Source: Psilocybe cubensis (Eukaryota). From it: 64,000 bases of DNA. Positions 48,060 through 60,167 of this stretch are shown piece by piece. A model generated the notes under the pieces. That model did no database searches and was not told the DNA's origin. It saw only the letters and a program-made list of their open reading frames with translations. Made by a program: the position numbers and the translations under genes. Within the stretch, counting starts at the first letter, position 1. Every line of letters starts with the position of its first letter. The stretch spans positions 2,790,001 through 2,854,000 of the forward strand of contig CM039006.1 in assembly GCA_017499595.2 (NCBI GenBank), written 5' to 3'.

Positions 48060-48503
48060 ACGAAACCGAGCGGAGCTCGAAATATGCTGAGTCAGAAACG
48101 ACTGGTGTACGAGCCTAAACAATTTCCCACGACTAACACTGAACTTCGTATAATTTGAGCTATTGAGCTTTCAACACTCCGAGCTCAATCAGGGTTTTCT
48201 ACGTCCATATCTCATGAACTAGTATTTATGATGTTGTTATCAGATTTTTGTGTATTTTGGGTCTCTTCATAGGGAGAAACATTGACTAGCGACCTTAGGC
48301 GATGGACGTCCGAGATCATTAACACATCATTGAGTAAATTGTATATGCAATTAGATTAAAGCTTTTGCTGTTTCTACGCATGTAGTAATGTAGTTTGGGA
48401 TGCGGGATATGGAGTCATGATGATGGAAATGAAGTTGGGAAGAGAAACATAAATCTAATTTCTACAAACCAGTGAATAAGTTAACCATACTCGGGGTATA
48501 CCT

Positions 48504-49984
48504 TTACAGTTCGACATCCCCTCTCCCCGTTGCCTTTCTCACAGCCTGTACGACGTCCTCCACCAAATCTTCTTCCTCCTCCACACCAACGCTCAACCGC
48601 ACCAAGTTCTCGCCGATGCCCAGCAATGCACGTTCCTCAGCGGGTATACTTCCATGCGTCATCTGCGCAGGATGTTCAGCGAGTGATTCAACCCCACCCA
48701 AGGACTCGGCAAGCGTGAACAGCCGAGTGGAGGTAAGGAATGCATCGGCTTCGCGTGTGCTGCCTGCGATGCGGAACGAGATCATGCCGCTGAATGGGAA
48801 CCCATCCGCAGGCGGTGGGGAATCGGGTGTCGAGGAGGGAGAGATAAATTTGCGTGCATGTGGGCTAAGCATGCGCCATGCCAGCTCGTATTTCTTCCTC
48901 GACTCGGGTGTCTTTCCCGGAAGACCAGGGTATACGACCTCTTCCACGCCAGGCTCACGCTCGAGAGCGCGTGCGACTGCTAGAGCATTACGGCCGTGTG
49001 CTTTCATACGCAGATGCAGAGTCTTGGCGCCACGCTGTGCGAGCCAGCAATCATACGGGCTCGGGACGGCTCCAATCGCATTTTGCAGGAACCTCAACTT
49101 GTCAGCAAAGGCGGTGTGCTTGGGTGAAGAGGGGAGAATCAAAGCACCCATTACAACATCTGAATGGCCGTTGATGTACTTTGTAAGGGAGTGCATGACG
49201 ATGTCGGCTCCAAGAAGCAAAGGAGAAGAGTAAAAGGGCGAGAGGAATGTGTTGTCAACAAGAACAAGGGGAGATGAGGGGTGTGAGTGTGCGAGGGCGG
49301 CGATGCGGGGGATGTCAATGAGTCGTAAAGTTGGGTTCGTAGGGGACTCGATCCAGATGAGCTATAGTCCCAATCAGTGTCAGCCTCAGAAGAAAACAAT
49401 ATTTGACGCACCTTTGTATTCTCCTTGATCGCCCCGAGAATCTGCTCGTCGCTTGCATTTTCGAGGTCAAGGAAGGTAGTCTCCAGCCCCTGATTTTCGG
49501 ATGCGACGCGGCGCATGTAACGGAAGGTGCCTCCATAGACGTCGTTGACGCTGATGATGTGTGCGTTGGGACCAAGGGACTGCAAAACTGTCGCAGTGGT
49601 AGCAGAGCCCGATGCAAAAGCGAGCGCATGGGCGCCTCCCGACTCTAATGCAGCGAGGGTGCTCTCCAGAGCGTTTCGATTTGGGTTCCCGGAGCGCGAG
49701 TATTCGAAGCCCTGGGAATTAAAATGAATGTAAGTCAGAAAGAAAATATAATGAAGAAAACGAACCTTGTGCACGCCAATGGCCTGCTGCTTGTACGTTG
49801 TGCTTAGAGAGATGGGTGGGATAACGGCACCGGTCTCGTCGTTGGCCTCTGAGCCAATGTGAATTGCCCTGGTGCCAAAGCCGTCTAGGCGCTTTTTGGC
49901 GACGCCATTCGTGGTTGGTACCGCAGAATGTCCATTAATGCCATTGATACCGTTAGTGGCGCCGAAGGATAGGGCGGGTGACAT
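48504..49984 (-). CDS. CYS3: Cystathionine gamma-lyase
   Basis: FGTRAIH, AVIPPISLSTTYKQ, YSRSGNPNR, FASGSA, VYGGT, WIESPTNP, VDNTF, SLTKYINGHSDV (PLP lysine), LAESLGGVESL, RLSVGVE; two introns. Confidence 0.95.
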
Positions 49985-51559
49985 AGTCTCTGGTGTCTCA
50001 GGTAGCAAAGGATAGTCACCGAATGATGGCCAACGGAAAATGCGGACGACGAGATGGTGGAGGAAAGAAAGAAGGAAAATATGCACGGCTTTTGTATCCG
50101 CGCCCCTTACGAAGCATTTTCAAGCTGCCCTGTGCAATTTTTTTTATAACCCAGGCGGCGGTGTGTGTCGCGCGGGTCAAGCTCAAGGATTGCAAATTAT
50201 GGCGAGCTCGTAGGCGCACGTGTCATACATATCGTTGATCCGGTGAAGTGACTAAGCGGGCAGTCCGAGGGCTCTGACCAAGACCTGACAATGACTCACG
50301 CTGCTACATGCATCTGGCGACCACCTATGAGTCTTCCAAACTTCCAGACAGACGTGTGAGCCTAGGTTCAAATTACCCGAAGTAAGTATTTACATGTTTA
50401 TGTACGTACGCAATCTGCCGCCATGACCTTGAGACACTCCTGATTTACCTTTGTTCCTCCAGTAATTGGGATCGCGCAATACCCAGGCGATATGGTTCCC
50501 AAATCCTGTTATGTGAGAACGTATGAACACCAAGTAAGTAACGATGTACACCTGTTTCTATTTTTATCTGGCTTCCCCACTCAGATGAAGGGACGTATGC
50601 CCGAGTCAGTGGCGGATGTCAAGGAGCCTGGAGCTTTCGTAGCATGCATGAAGCTCCCCGAACCCGGATTTCCATTCAGACATGATATACATAGCAGATG
50701 TACCCTACACGTATTTGTTCTTCCCCTATATCTCCCAGCTGCTTGGGGCATAAGTATTTCTTATGACACAAATTCTTATTGACGCGGGAACCAAGGAGCA
50801 TCCAGATGACGACAGGAGTACGTCAACGAGCCCATGAACGAGCACCCCATGGGGCAGCTGCAGGAAGGATCATCCCGAGCCCAATTCAAACGAACTGCCA
50901 TGTCTCCTTCACGGCCTTCTAGTAGATCCGACCTTCATTTTCGTGAACGTGAAGTGGGAACGCCACGTTCATTTATGTATCCAGAAGGATTCAATTCTCG
51001 TCGACCTGATCTGAGCTTCCATCCCTTCAGAAATTAGAATCGATTGAAGCCTATGACCTGGTATTAGTTTCTTTTGTACTTGTGACAATTAAGACTTCAG
51101 TTGCAGACGCCATCACTAGCCAACCTTTTCGCGAGCTTTCAAGTTTGGTTCTGATTCCTCTGCCACGTACTCACTATGCAAAGCCACCCCATCGAAAGGG
51201 AGAAACCAACCCCCGGACCTTCATGGCACTTCCACCTTCAGCGGTCAAATGTATTGCTAGTGGTTGCTAGTGGAGGATTTGTGCTTGGGCCTTTCTTCGT
51301 CACTTTGATATTTTCTTCTGCCGTTGGGAGCCTCTCTGCACAGGGTTGCCCACTGATATAGTCTCTGGGTGCAGTTTCGTTCAATTCGTCCACGGTTCTC
51401 GTACCGTGCTCTACATGTAGCACTTCCCCAATACTACTTAGTAGAAAGAATGAAAGAATCCTCATAACTTCCATGAATTGCTCGTACACTGTCATGGTGG
51501 TTTTCCGTTCATAGGAGTGGGTGTCCCAAACGGGAAATGACCAAAAAATGGAGAGAAAA

Positions 51560-52140
51560 AGAGAGAGACTCACGATGCTTATTTTTGTCAAAATTTTGAA
51601 GAGAAATTACTTGAAAGTACTCGAGAATATGTACGGATTGTCACAAACATAAATTTTGTAAAATACCGTGTGAAACGAGAAGCAAATTTTCAAAGATTTC
51701 GCGCTGACGCGCGTCCGAGAAATGGTCCATGTAAACATGTACCTTTTACTTTGTCTGTACTCTAAATTTGTCTGATATTTTCTACCTGGGCATTATTTAC
51801 TTTATATGTGATCTAGAATATCACTCAAAGAGCCTCAAAAAATCAAACCAGGATGCCCGTCGAGCGTGAACTGAATACGGAAGTGCGCAAATGTGGCTGT
51901 GTTGCGGCACCTCGGCTGGCAGATAACATTGGGGGTGGCAGATAACATCCATACGTATTCTACTGATTCGACAGCACTTACTCAGATTTTAAAGGCACTT
52001 ATGTGTATACACATCCTGTACATACTTGAATACATTTTTTTATTGCAGTTCACCCAAGGTTTTATGGTGAAAAGTGTGAAAAGAGTAAGCTCGGATTCTG
52101 CCGGGCAGATAACATGGCAGATAACATACCCACACCTATG
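51560..52140. mobile_element. Probable transposon-end relic with four GGCAGATAACAT repeats
   Basis: Exact 12-mers at 51918, 51937, 52104 and 52116. Segment 51644-51710 is an inverted diverged copy of 7451-7515. Confidence 0.5.
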
Positions 52141-53716
52141 ATCGGTAAACCGTCATGGTGGCTGCTAAGAATTCACTCTACGGTATCTAGCTTCCCGGAG
52201 CCGAGTCGGTCGTAGATTTTATAATATGTTGTATGATTTCTCCTCACTTGCCGAGAGGAAAGCAATCGTTAGACATTAACCGCTTGTACTATGTAGGCTA
52301 CACATTTCTGCTCAGTGCCTGCAAATACTGTCTATGTGAGAGCTATTGAGCAAGTACCTTATGTAATAGAAAGAACATAGGATTTTATTCCTTCAGTATT
52401 CGTGTCAGTAGCTATAAACATTACTTCACCTGCAGTGCATGTTGGAATTTGATATACGGAGCAGTTAAAGCAATTAGACTATTCCCTGATAAAAGGTAAA
52501 TCAAAAAAAAGGAACAAGTCATTTGACTACTCTTATAAAGATCATAAATACATATATTTTATAAAGTCGATATCATTTGGCGGCTTGGCCAGTTACTGTA
52601 GCAGCAAGGTTTCCAGCACCACACAGGTGAACAGGGGTGGGAAGTAGTTGCGTAACGATCATTCACGTGGTTTGTACGGAATTGCCGACGGTTCTGAACG
52701 ATCTGAACCCTTATTAAAATTGTCTTCAAAGGTCTTCCGAAAAGACAATTCTATATCCTGCTTGCACTATAATAAAAGATTCTAGTTATGAGAAATCTCA
52801 CTGATCAAAATGTACCCGGCCGTGGTTACAGCAACGCCGTAGTTTCCTTGTCTATCATGCACAACTTGAACACGATCATTCTCTTGCGCTAATGTATATA
52901 CCACATTTTATTCTTCCCAAACATCCAGCACAGTTTCTGAGTGGAATCATATTGATATCTCCCATTTGGCTCCAATACCACTGCCCATTTCTCCTTTCAG
53001 AGAGGTACGGTTTTTTCAGCATGAGCCCTGTCTTTTGTCAACTATGGACCCTACCGACCAGCCCCTGCCCACCAGTAACAGCGCGTCGCGTTTGCGGTAT
53101 TACCATGTGACCACCATAACTTTAAGGTGTTTCGGCGATATCCGGGTCGAAGAAGGCGTTTCTTCAAATCTCTTCAAATCTACCACCATACACGTCTACA
53201 AGCAGTGTCCGATCTGAACAATTGATCACCCAGTATAAGGCTCAGTCTCAAAATGAATAGGTAATCTCTATCTGACTATGTGATATGTGTTCTGAACATC
53301 CTGGTTTAGGGGTCCAGTTGTCCTCGTAAGGCCTGAGTGAACTATTGGTTATACTTCGTTGTTGACACACCAGCGACAGACCATAGACGAAGCTGAAGTA
53401 AGTTGATCTCTTTTAAGCATTTTAGTGTAACTGAAATTACACCGATTTTCATCTCAAAGTACCTCCTCGACCAAATTGTAGGTCCAATTCTATCCCTTTT
53501 GATGGTCAATGCGCACTTTGGCTGATCTCATTTCGTTCGATATCAATAGCCACCTCCTTCGCCGGATGATGACGAGCTTGTAAAAAAGTTACGCAAAAAG
53601 ATGCAAGATCTCCTTTCCGACTTGCGGAAAGGAGCTGAAGGCGTTGCAAGCAAAGCATGAAACACGGATAACGAGGAATATATACTTAGTACATGATGTA
53701 TCGGTACTGACATAGT

Positions 53717-55683
53717 TTAAGGTGAAGGAGCAGGTCGCTGAAGAAGAGGCTGAATCTGGGCTCCTTGCTGGCCCTGCCCCCCAACAATGTGATTAGCCGC
53801 CTGATTTCTTCCAATGGCTTGATTCACCGCCTGAGAAACGATCTGTGCGACATTCTGCGCATGGGGGAAATCCGAATAGTCCATGGCTGGCTCTCCCATT
53901 TCGTTATCGTCAATCCCTAAAATTTGTGTTTCCTTGGACGCGCGAAGATCAAGAAGTGGGTGAAGTCCCATCACATGAAGGATTATGAGCTTTACGGCGG
54001 TTTTAGCTCTAGGTAGGTATAGATGGAGCATAGCTACATACCGTGACGGCGAATGAGTAAACCATAGCGGCTGCCGAAGCCCCTGCCTGCAAGCCAAACA
54101 GCTTCCAGTTTTGATCTAACCAACCTCCTCGCACAGGGGTCGCACTCGAAAGATTAGCAACACTTTCTTGGGCAAAAATTCCCGTAAGAAGACTGCCTAT
54201 CAATCCTCCCATTCCATGTGTTGCAAATATCTGCGATGAACGCATCATTAGGTGGATTAGAGGAGGCAGAATATACGGCGTACATCAAGAGAGTCATCGT
54301 ATCCCAACCGTTTAAATTGGGAGGAAAAATTACATCCAGCGCCGCCTAGGACGCCGTACAACAAGGCAGCAGCTGGATATTGATATTTGAATGTACAGGG
54401 ACGCAAAGTATTAGATGTGACCTACGAGCGCCGACAAATCCAGATCCAGGGGTGATTGTGATAAGTCCTGCAATCGCTCCAGAGCAGAAGCTTACTGCGC
54501 TCCACTTTTTTTGGATTCTGTAATCCTATCATTGAAAAATCGTCAAGTAGAGGCGAGGACGATAATAGATAGGTATTGACGTACCAGCATCACCCCCGTG
54601 AGTCCTCCGGCGGAAGCCGCAATGTTAGTGTTGATGCATGCTTGAATGGCGACTAAATTTGCAGACATAGCGGATCCTCCGTTGAACCCAAACCACCCTA
54701 AATCTATTATCAAAAGCCGAAATCTTATCTAGTGCATGGATCGGCGTTACTTACCAAACCACATAAGGACTGCACCTAGCACAACATGGGTCGTATTATT
54801 CGCCTTGTACGGTCCTTCCGTCCCATACCCATGCCTCTCGCCGAGATATATCGACATAGCGAGCGCTGCTGCGCCAGATGAAATATGCACTGCAATTCCT
54901 CCGGCAAAATCAAGCACGCCCAGCCGCCTCGTCCATCCGAGAGTGTTCCAATCCCAACACGCGATTGGATCATAGACCAAGGTGGTCCAAATGAAAACGA
55001 ATATAAGCACCGGTCCAGGGCGCCCGCGCTCTGCGATTGCTCCGATGGCAATAGCAGCCCTGTATGAGTATCATTTCAGACTGCGAAAACGAGGGTAGAA
55101 AATTAACGTACGTGACACCAGCAAACATAAGCTGGTAGATAAAGTACAATGTAAGAGGCACACGCCCAGTTTCTGTTGGTGGACGTATAGGCACATTTAC
55201 AAGCATGGCATATTCTATCGCAAATCAAAATGAAGTCAAACTATACATACTGAATGTTGAATACATACTTAAATTCCCTATAAAAGGGCTTCCTTCGTCG
55301 CTAAACGTTAAAGAAAATCCAAGTAATAGCCACTGAAAAAGACATAATCTAAGTACGCAAAAAATATAAACGCCCAGGAATGTACGAACCTGAATGCTAA
55401 CAACCGCAAGGGCTGCCATTGTCACATACACGGCCGAGAGAGCGTTCTTCCTCCTCAATAACCCGGAATAGAAGAATCCCACGCCCGGTGTCATTAAAAA
55501 CACCAACGACATAGAGCTCAGGACAAACGAATTGTCTCCAAGATTAAAGACCAATTCTGTGGGTGGCGAAGTGTTGGTCGAATTCCCCCACACAATGTCG
55601 CCAGCTAATGAACATCAACATGAAGACGAAGAATGTCAAGCGGAAAGAATACACGTACACCCGTTGTATGTTATGTTGACCAT
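53717..55683 (-). CDS. amt: Second ammonium transporter (Amt/Mep), paralog of the 22-kb gene
   Basis: Short first exon MVNITYNG(S) at 55683, then PGVGFFYSGLLRRKNALS, YQLMFAGVT, DFAGGIAVH, WFGWFGFNGGS, FATHGMGG, QILGIDDNEMGEP. Confidence 0.93.
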
Positions 55684-56491
55684 ATTGAGCAGTCAATTTG
55701 ACTGAGGGTGGTCGATGTCTGGATGCTGGCAGGAGGGAGGCAAGCAGTTTTGGACGATCTCCATATGTGTCCTTAAGTACATGGACGTGTACTTGTTGAT
55801 GACAAGTGCACAGCAAGTCAATGGCAGTGGTGTGGATTTGTTGGAGAAATTGAAGCATGTTATTTAGCACAGCGGGCAAATGGGATGCCGTAAGAAGGGT
55901 ACAATTGAACTGGTCGGAATTCTACAGTTCTACGCATGTGCCTGATATCTATATTGAGTGGTTGTCTTCGATAAGGCTTGACATTTCCGCGGGCACCATT
56001 TCAGATGTCGCATTGTTGGGTGTCGTGGCCTTGGGCCGATTCCCTTGTAATGGATTAGCATTTCGATCCTGTCCATTGCGAATACTGTGTCATTGGGAGG
56101 TATGCAAAGTGGTATCAATTCTGAAGGTCCAGACATGGGATTGTGAAAGAGATAAGGTGAGCGCTGGTACCTTAATCACCGTAAGCGCCCGACCGCATAC
56201 GACTGCAAGTGGGTAATAATCGAGAACCGTTTGATACGTTGTGGCTGACAGAAATATAAATGTACGCGTCCTCGGGCCTAAATCGACGTGATGTACCTCT
56301 GCCAGCCCTTTGGCAGTATGGGCCGCCCTGCCCCGTTATTAACACTCTCAATATTGTTCCTGTACGCCATCCCAAACTGTAGGATTACTCAAGTCAGGGT
56401 CTTGTATGGCTGATATCTTGACATTTCAGCATTGTTTCTCAGAGTACTGTCCAGCCATAAGTGAGTACATACCCAAACCGATTCAACCGTC

Positions 56492-58165
56492 TCAATGGTC
56501 CCCAGCCTTACCCTCCGGTTTGCGTGTTTTGAACAGACCTCTTGATATGACACCCTCTACAATCGCTGCTGCGTTGCCTAGTGATTCGCTGTTTTCCATT
56601 GTCTTTATTCTACGTCGACCTGTGACACGTGTCAGTATGATTACAATATGATTTTCGATGACCATACGCACCGATCAAGGCCCAATTCCTCGTACTTGGT
56701 ATCCGCAGCGTCTCACACTCCACCTCCCACCCACAATGCAGGCTCAGACTTGCAAGCCATATACGGTACATCGAGTACGAGCTCTTGTGGCTCCCGTCGC
56801 CGCCCAGGTTCAATGATGCTGCGAACTCATCTGTTGGTTGCTGCAGTGGAAATGGAGGGGTAGAGGACCGTTCGTATCGGGAGTCAAAGGCCCAGGAACA
56901 GCACGGTATGGATATGTATCCAGAGGCGTTTTTGAGCGTTGCTGTGACGGGGAGCCAGGGCGTCAACTCGTCTGCGTGATTGCCGATGATGAAGACACCT
57001 GGTGGGAAGTAGCGCGACGATTCTGGTCCTTCGCATGTCGGATTGAACGCCTGAACGCGAAGTGAAGACTGTGTTGCCTCGGGATAATGGGTCCAGGATG
57101 TTCTCTCGCGAAGGTCAACGCCATAACCTCTGTATCCTTCGGAAACAAGAATATGGGTCAACAAGCCGTTTCCGCATCTGCAAAATAATCAATTGTGACA
57201 ATATAAAATCAAGATACTCGGACTAACCCAAAGTCAAGAAATCCACCAGGTGGCTGGGGCCAACTCTCTGAGGATTTCTCGCTAAAGGTATCCTTCCATA
57301 GCAGCATTAGATACGTTGCAATTCCAATATCCTAGGAAAGGTGAGCGTAAGTCGTAAGATACGCAAGAAGGTCTCACCTCAAAGACATGCTTCAATGGAT
57401 CAGTCACCTCCTGCCACGTATCCACCAAATGCTTATACCGTTCCCTCATGCTTAAATACAAATCTTGATATTCCTCTCGTGGTATCAAGCAATCGTGCAT
57501 TACACGCTTCTTATAATTTGTCATAGCGCCCCAGCCGTACCGGTGTACAGTGTCAAGTAGGGCTAGGCAAGTGCGATATAGCCTCGAGTTGGGGTCTAAT
57601 GGGGTCCCTGGAAGTGGTAAAACTTCTATTCTGAGAGTTGGTGGAGAATGGACGTATCGAAAGGCGAGGTGAAATACAGCTGGGTGGTAATATGGAAGGC
57701 TTGATCCTGCGTCCACGATAGGTGTAAGTACCAAAACCTGAGGAAATTCGATTTCATCTTGCGTCTGCTGCGATGTTGTCGCTCCGTACAGCGTACAATA
57801 CTGTTCAAGAGATGGATCACGTCCAGGTCTGCGAGGAAGGAGCTTCCGGTGCAAACACCGCGTCCGCTGAAAATCATCGAACGCAGGAATATTTTCAGGA
57901 AAGTTGGAAGTGGATTCTGATATTAATTCGGATCGAAGAATAAGCGTCGAGTTGTATTCTGGGTGATGTATAAGTTGAGTTACCGCGATTTCAAACTGAT
58001 CCCGTTAGTGAAGCAAACTTACAATCGAAGCAAACGGCTTACAATTTCTATAGGAAAGTCTGCCGGGCATGTTATCAATGGTACCCAGCCCTCCCCCAGG
58101 GCATGAATTGGCGAGTCCAAACTGCAGATGGTCGGCAAGAATTTAGGGCGCTGATACGCACACAT
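56492..58165 (-). CDS. TRM44: tRNA (uracil-O2'-)-methyltransferase Trm44
   Basis: HHPEYNSTLILRSE, LLPRRPGRD, YKKRVMHD, WQEVTDPLKHVFEDIGIA, DFGCGNGLLTHIL, GNHADELTPW, IPCC, RIPSTRN; ends FKTRKPEGKAGDH*. Confidence 0.92.
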
Positions 58166-58771
58166 TGTCCGACTTTGAAAAAGGTGATTCAAAAAGTGGA
58201 AAGTTCGGCTCTCGGATTGTCAGGCCGAAATGACACGACGGACTTTTAAATTGCACTCGTCTTTCCAACCGCAATGTAGCCATTACGTAATTTATATCGG
58301 GTCGGCTGAATTGTCACGCTATTCTTGATTTTTAAATTATAACCCTCTCTGACTATGCAAACAAATCAAAAATTTACCTCAAAGCTCAAATAAAAAAGTA
58401 TATAATCAATCTTTTATTGAAGCGCATATTCAAAAAAATTAAATTCTCAGATTTAATCGGTACACAAACGCAGCGTGACTCAATCTGTGACAAAATGCCG
58501 AGTTTAGCCGCAACATATGTACCTCAAGCTCAGAGTCACACTGACATGGATTTTCAACGTCCAACCAACGGGACATGATAGTTACAGGTCCCATATAAAA
58601 TTTGAAATCATGAAATGTGAGTGAATGTATATATAACGGTTTCTATCTAACCAGTGATATTGAGCGAAAAAATCTGTATGAATAAATAATCTAATTCTAT
58701 ACGGTGAAGTGGAAACTAAAACATAGAGATAGGGTGAATTTCTTGACGAACTCAAGAAATGTGGTGAAGCG

Positions 58772-60167
58772 TTAATGGGTAGTCATAAACACCTTACGTG
58801 ACTCCCTTATTTCTTCTCCTTGGCTTCCAAAGTATCTATAACAATGTTTAAAACGATCACAACCTTGGGATTTATTGGTCAATCACAAACCTCTCTGAGC
58901 CGTACATCCATTCTTCGTTACCTCGGACCCAATTACCTGTACAATTTCAATGAGTGGAATTTTCATCAAGCAGAATCGAAAGTCCTGACCAAGTCCGTCA
59001 ATATAACATTCAATTTGACGGTTTATGTCTTCCCCATAATCTGGGAAATTAAGTTTGGCCTTGACTTCGTCGCGTAGTTTAAGGAAATTGTTCCCTGTTT
59101 CGTCATGGATATCGCATATCCACTTAACAGCATCATCAATGCCGACGTTGTTGTTGTGCATCACAACAGTGACTAAATTATAGTCTGCATCATCGGCGAG
59201 GTATTCTTTCTTATAAGATGCCAGGTCCTATGATTGATTGTCAGCGCAAGAATAAGTTTGGGACAAATATCAAATACATTGAGAAGGAGTATCATATCTG
59301 TAGTATCCCTCTCTAGGCGAGCAATAACGGGATGCTGCATAATATGGCTCGGAATATTGAGGTTGAGAGACATTTCTAAAAAGGCGTAGCATGGGGAGGC
59401 TCCGATGTTGTCACGCCTTGCAACCATATATTCCTCGACTGTACAGATGTAACGCGAATTATCGCGATGAGCAGCTTGTTCAATTACCGAATCGATGTAG
59501 GATCTCCAGGATAGCAAAAAGCGTTGAGCGGTTTCTGGCGAAGCATGCGCTGATGAATTTTTCCAGAATCTGAAACCATCACAATTAAATTTCAATCAGT
59601 AGATTTTGGACAACAAAAAACCCACTGGCGAGAAATTTCACCAATCACTGGTTCATCATGGTGCCTCGGCTTGTCCGGGTTTAGGATGGCATCCATGGTA
59701 ATCTCGCAAAGCAGTCGGGTGTCGTCAACACTGGCTACATCGGTGTATTCATCAAGTACGAAGAATGTGTTCATCAAATCGCAATATCCTCGAAGTACGT
59801 CTGGGTGGCCGAATGATTAATTACCAATAAGCTTTACACCCAAAAGGTCTTACCATGAGATGCCTTCGGGATAGTTAATGCCGAAAGTAGGCCTAAATTT
59901 CAGCCATCATTTGTTAAGGATTGACGCAAGAAGGTGAAAAAATCTAGCTGACTTACCAAAGTCACACTTGTTGAAGATTATCTGAGCTTCCGGAGAAAAT
60001 GGTCTGAAACTTTCCAGCCATTTTCCAGACTCGGCTCGAGCGGCGCGATAGTGTGGGCTGATCATGCGCTTGTACGGCCAGTCTCTCAAGACATCAGGAA
60101 GGATATAAAAAGGTGTATCTTGACTAGGAGCCGCATTGGGCACGGTAAAGTTTGAAATCGCAGACAT
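58772..60167 (-). CDS. Sesquiterpene synthase (class I terpene cyclase)
   Basis: DLMNTFFVLDEYTD (DExxD), RRDNIG, N|DLASYKKE (NSE/DTE), WVRGN, SERYFG (RY); 7 exons all in frame. Confidence 0.95.

Noticed and set aside
50300..51400. + strand intron-like sites and short ORFs divergent from CYS3
   Set aside because: Splicing gave early stops; no family recognisable.
51918..52127. CRISPR-like array
   Set aside because: Repeats are only 12 bp with irregular spacing (7, 155 and 0 bp), in a eukaryotic genome.
52960..53670. Possible pseudogene convergent with the second amt gene
   Set aside because: Coding-like fragments with multiple stops; parent family not identifiable.
56492..56620. Suspected frameshift in the TRM44 last exon
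   Set aside because: On re-reading, the frame is continuous to KAGDH*.
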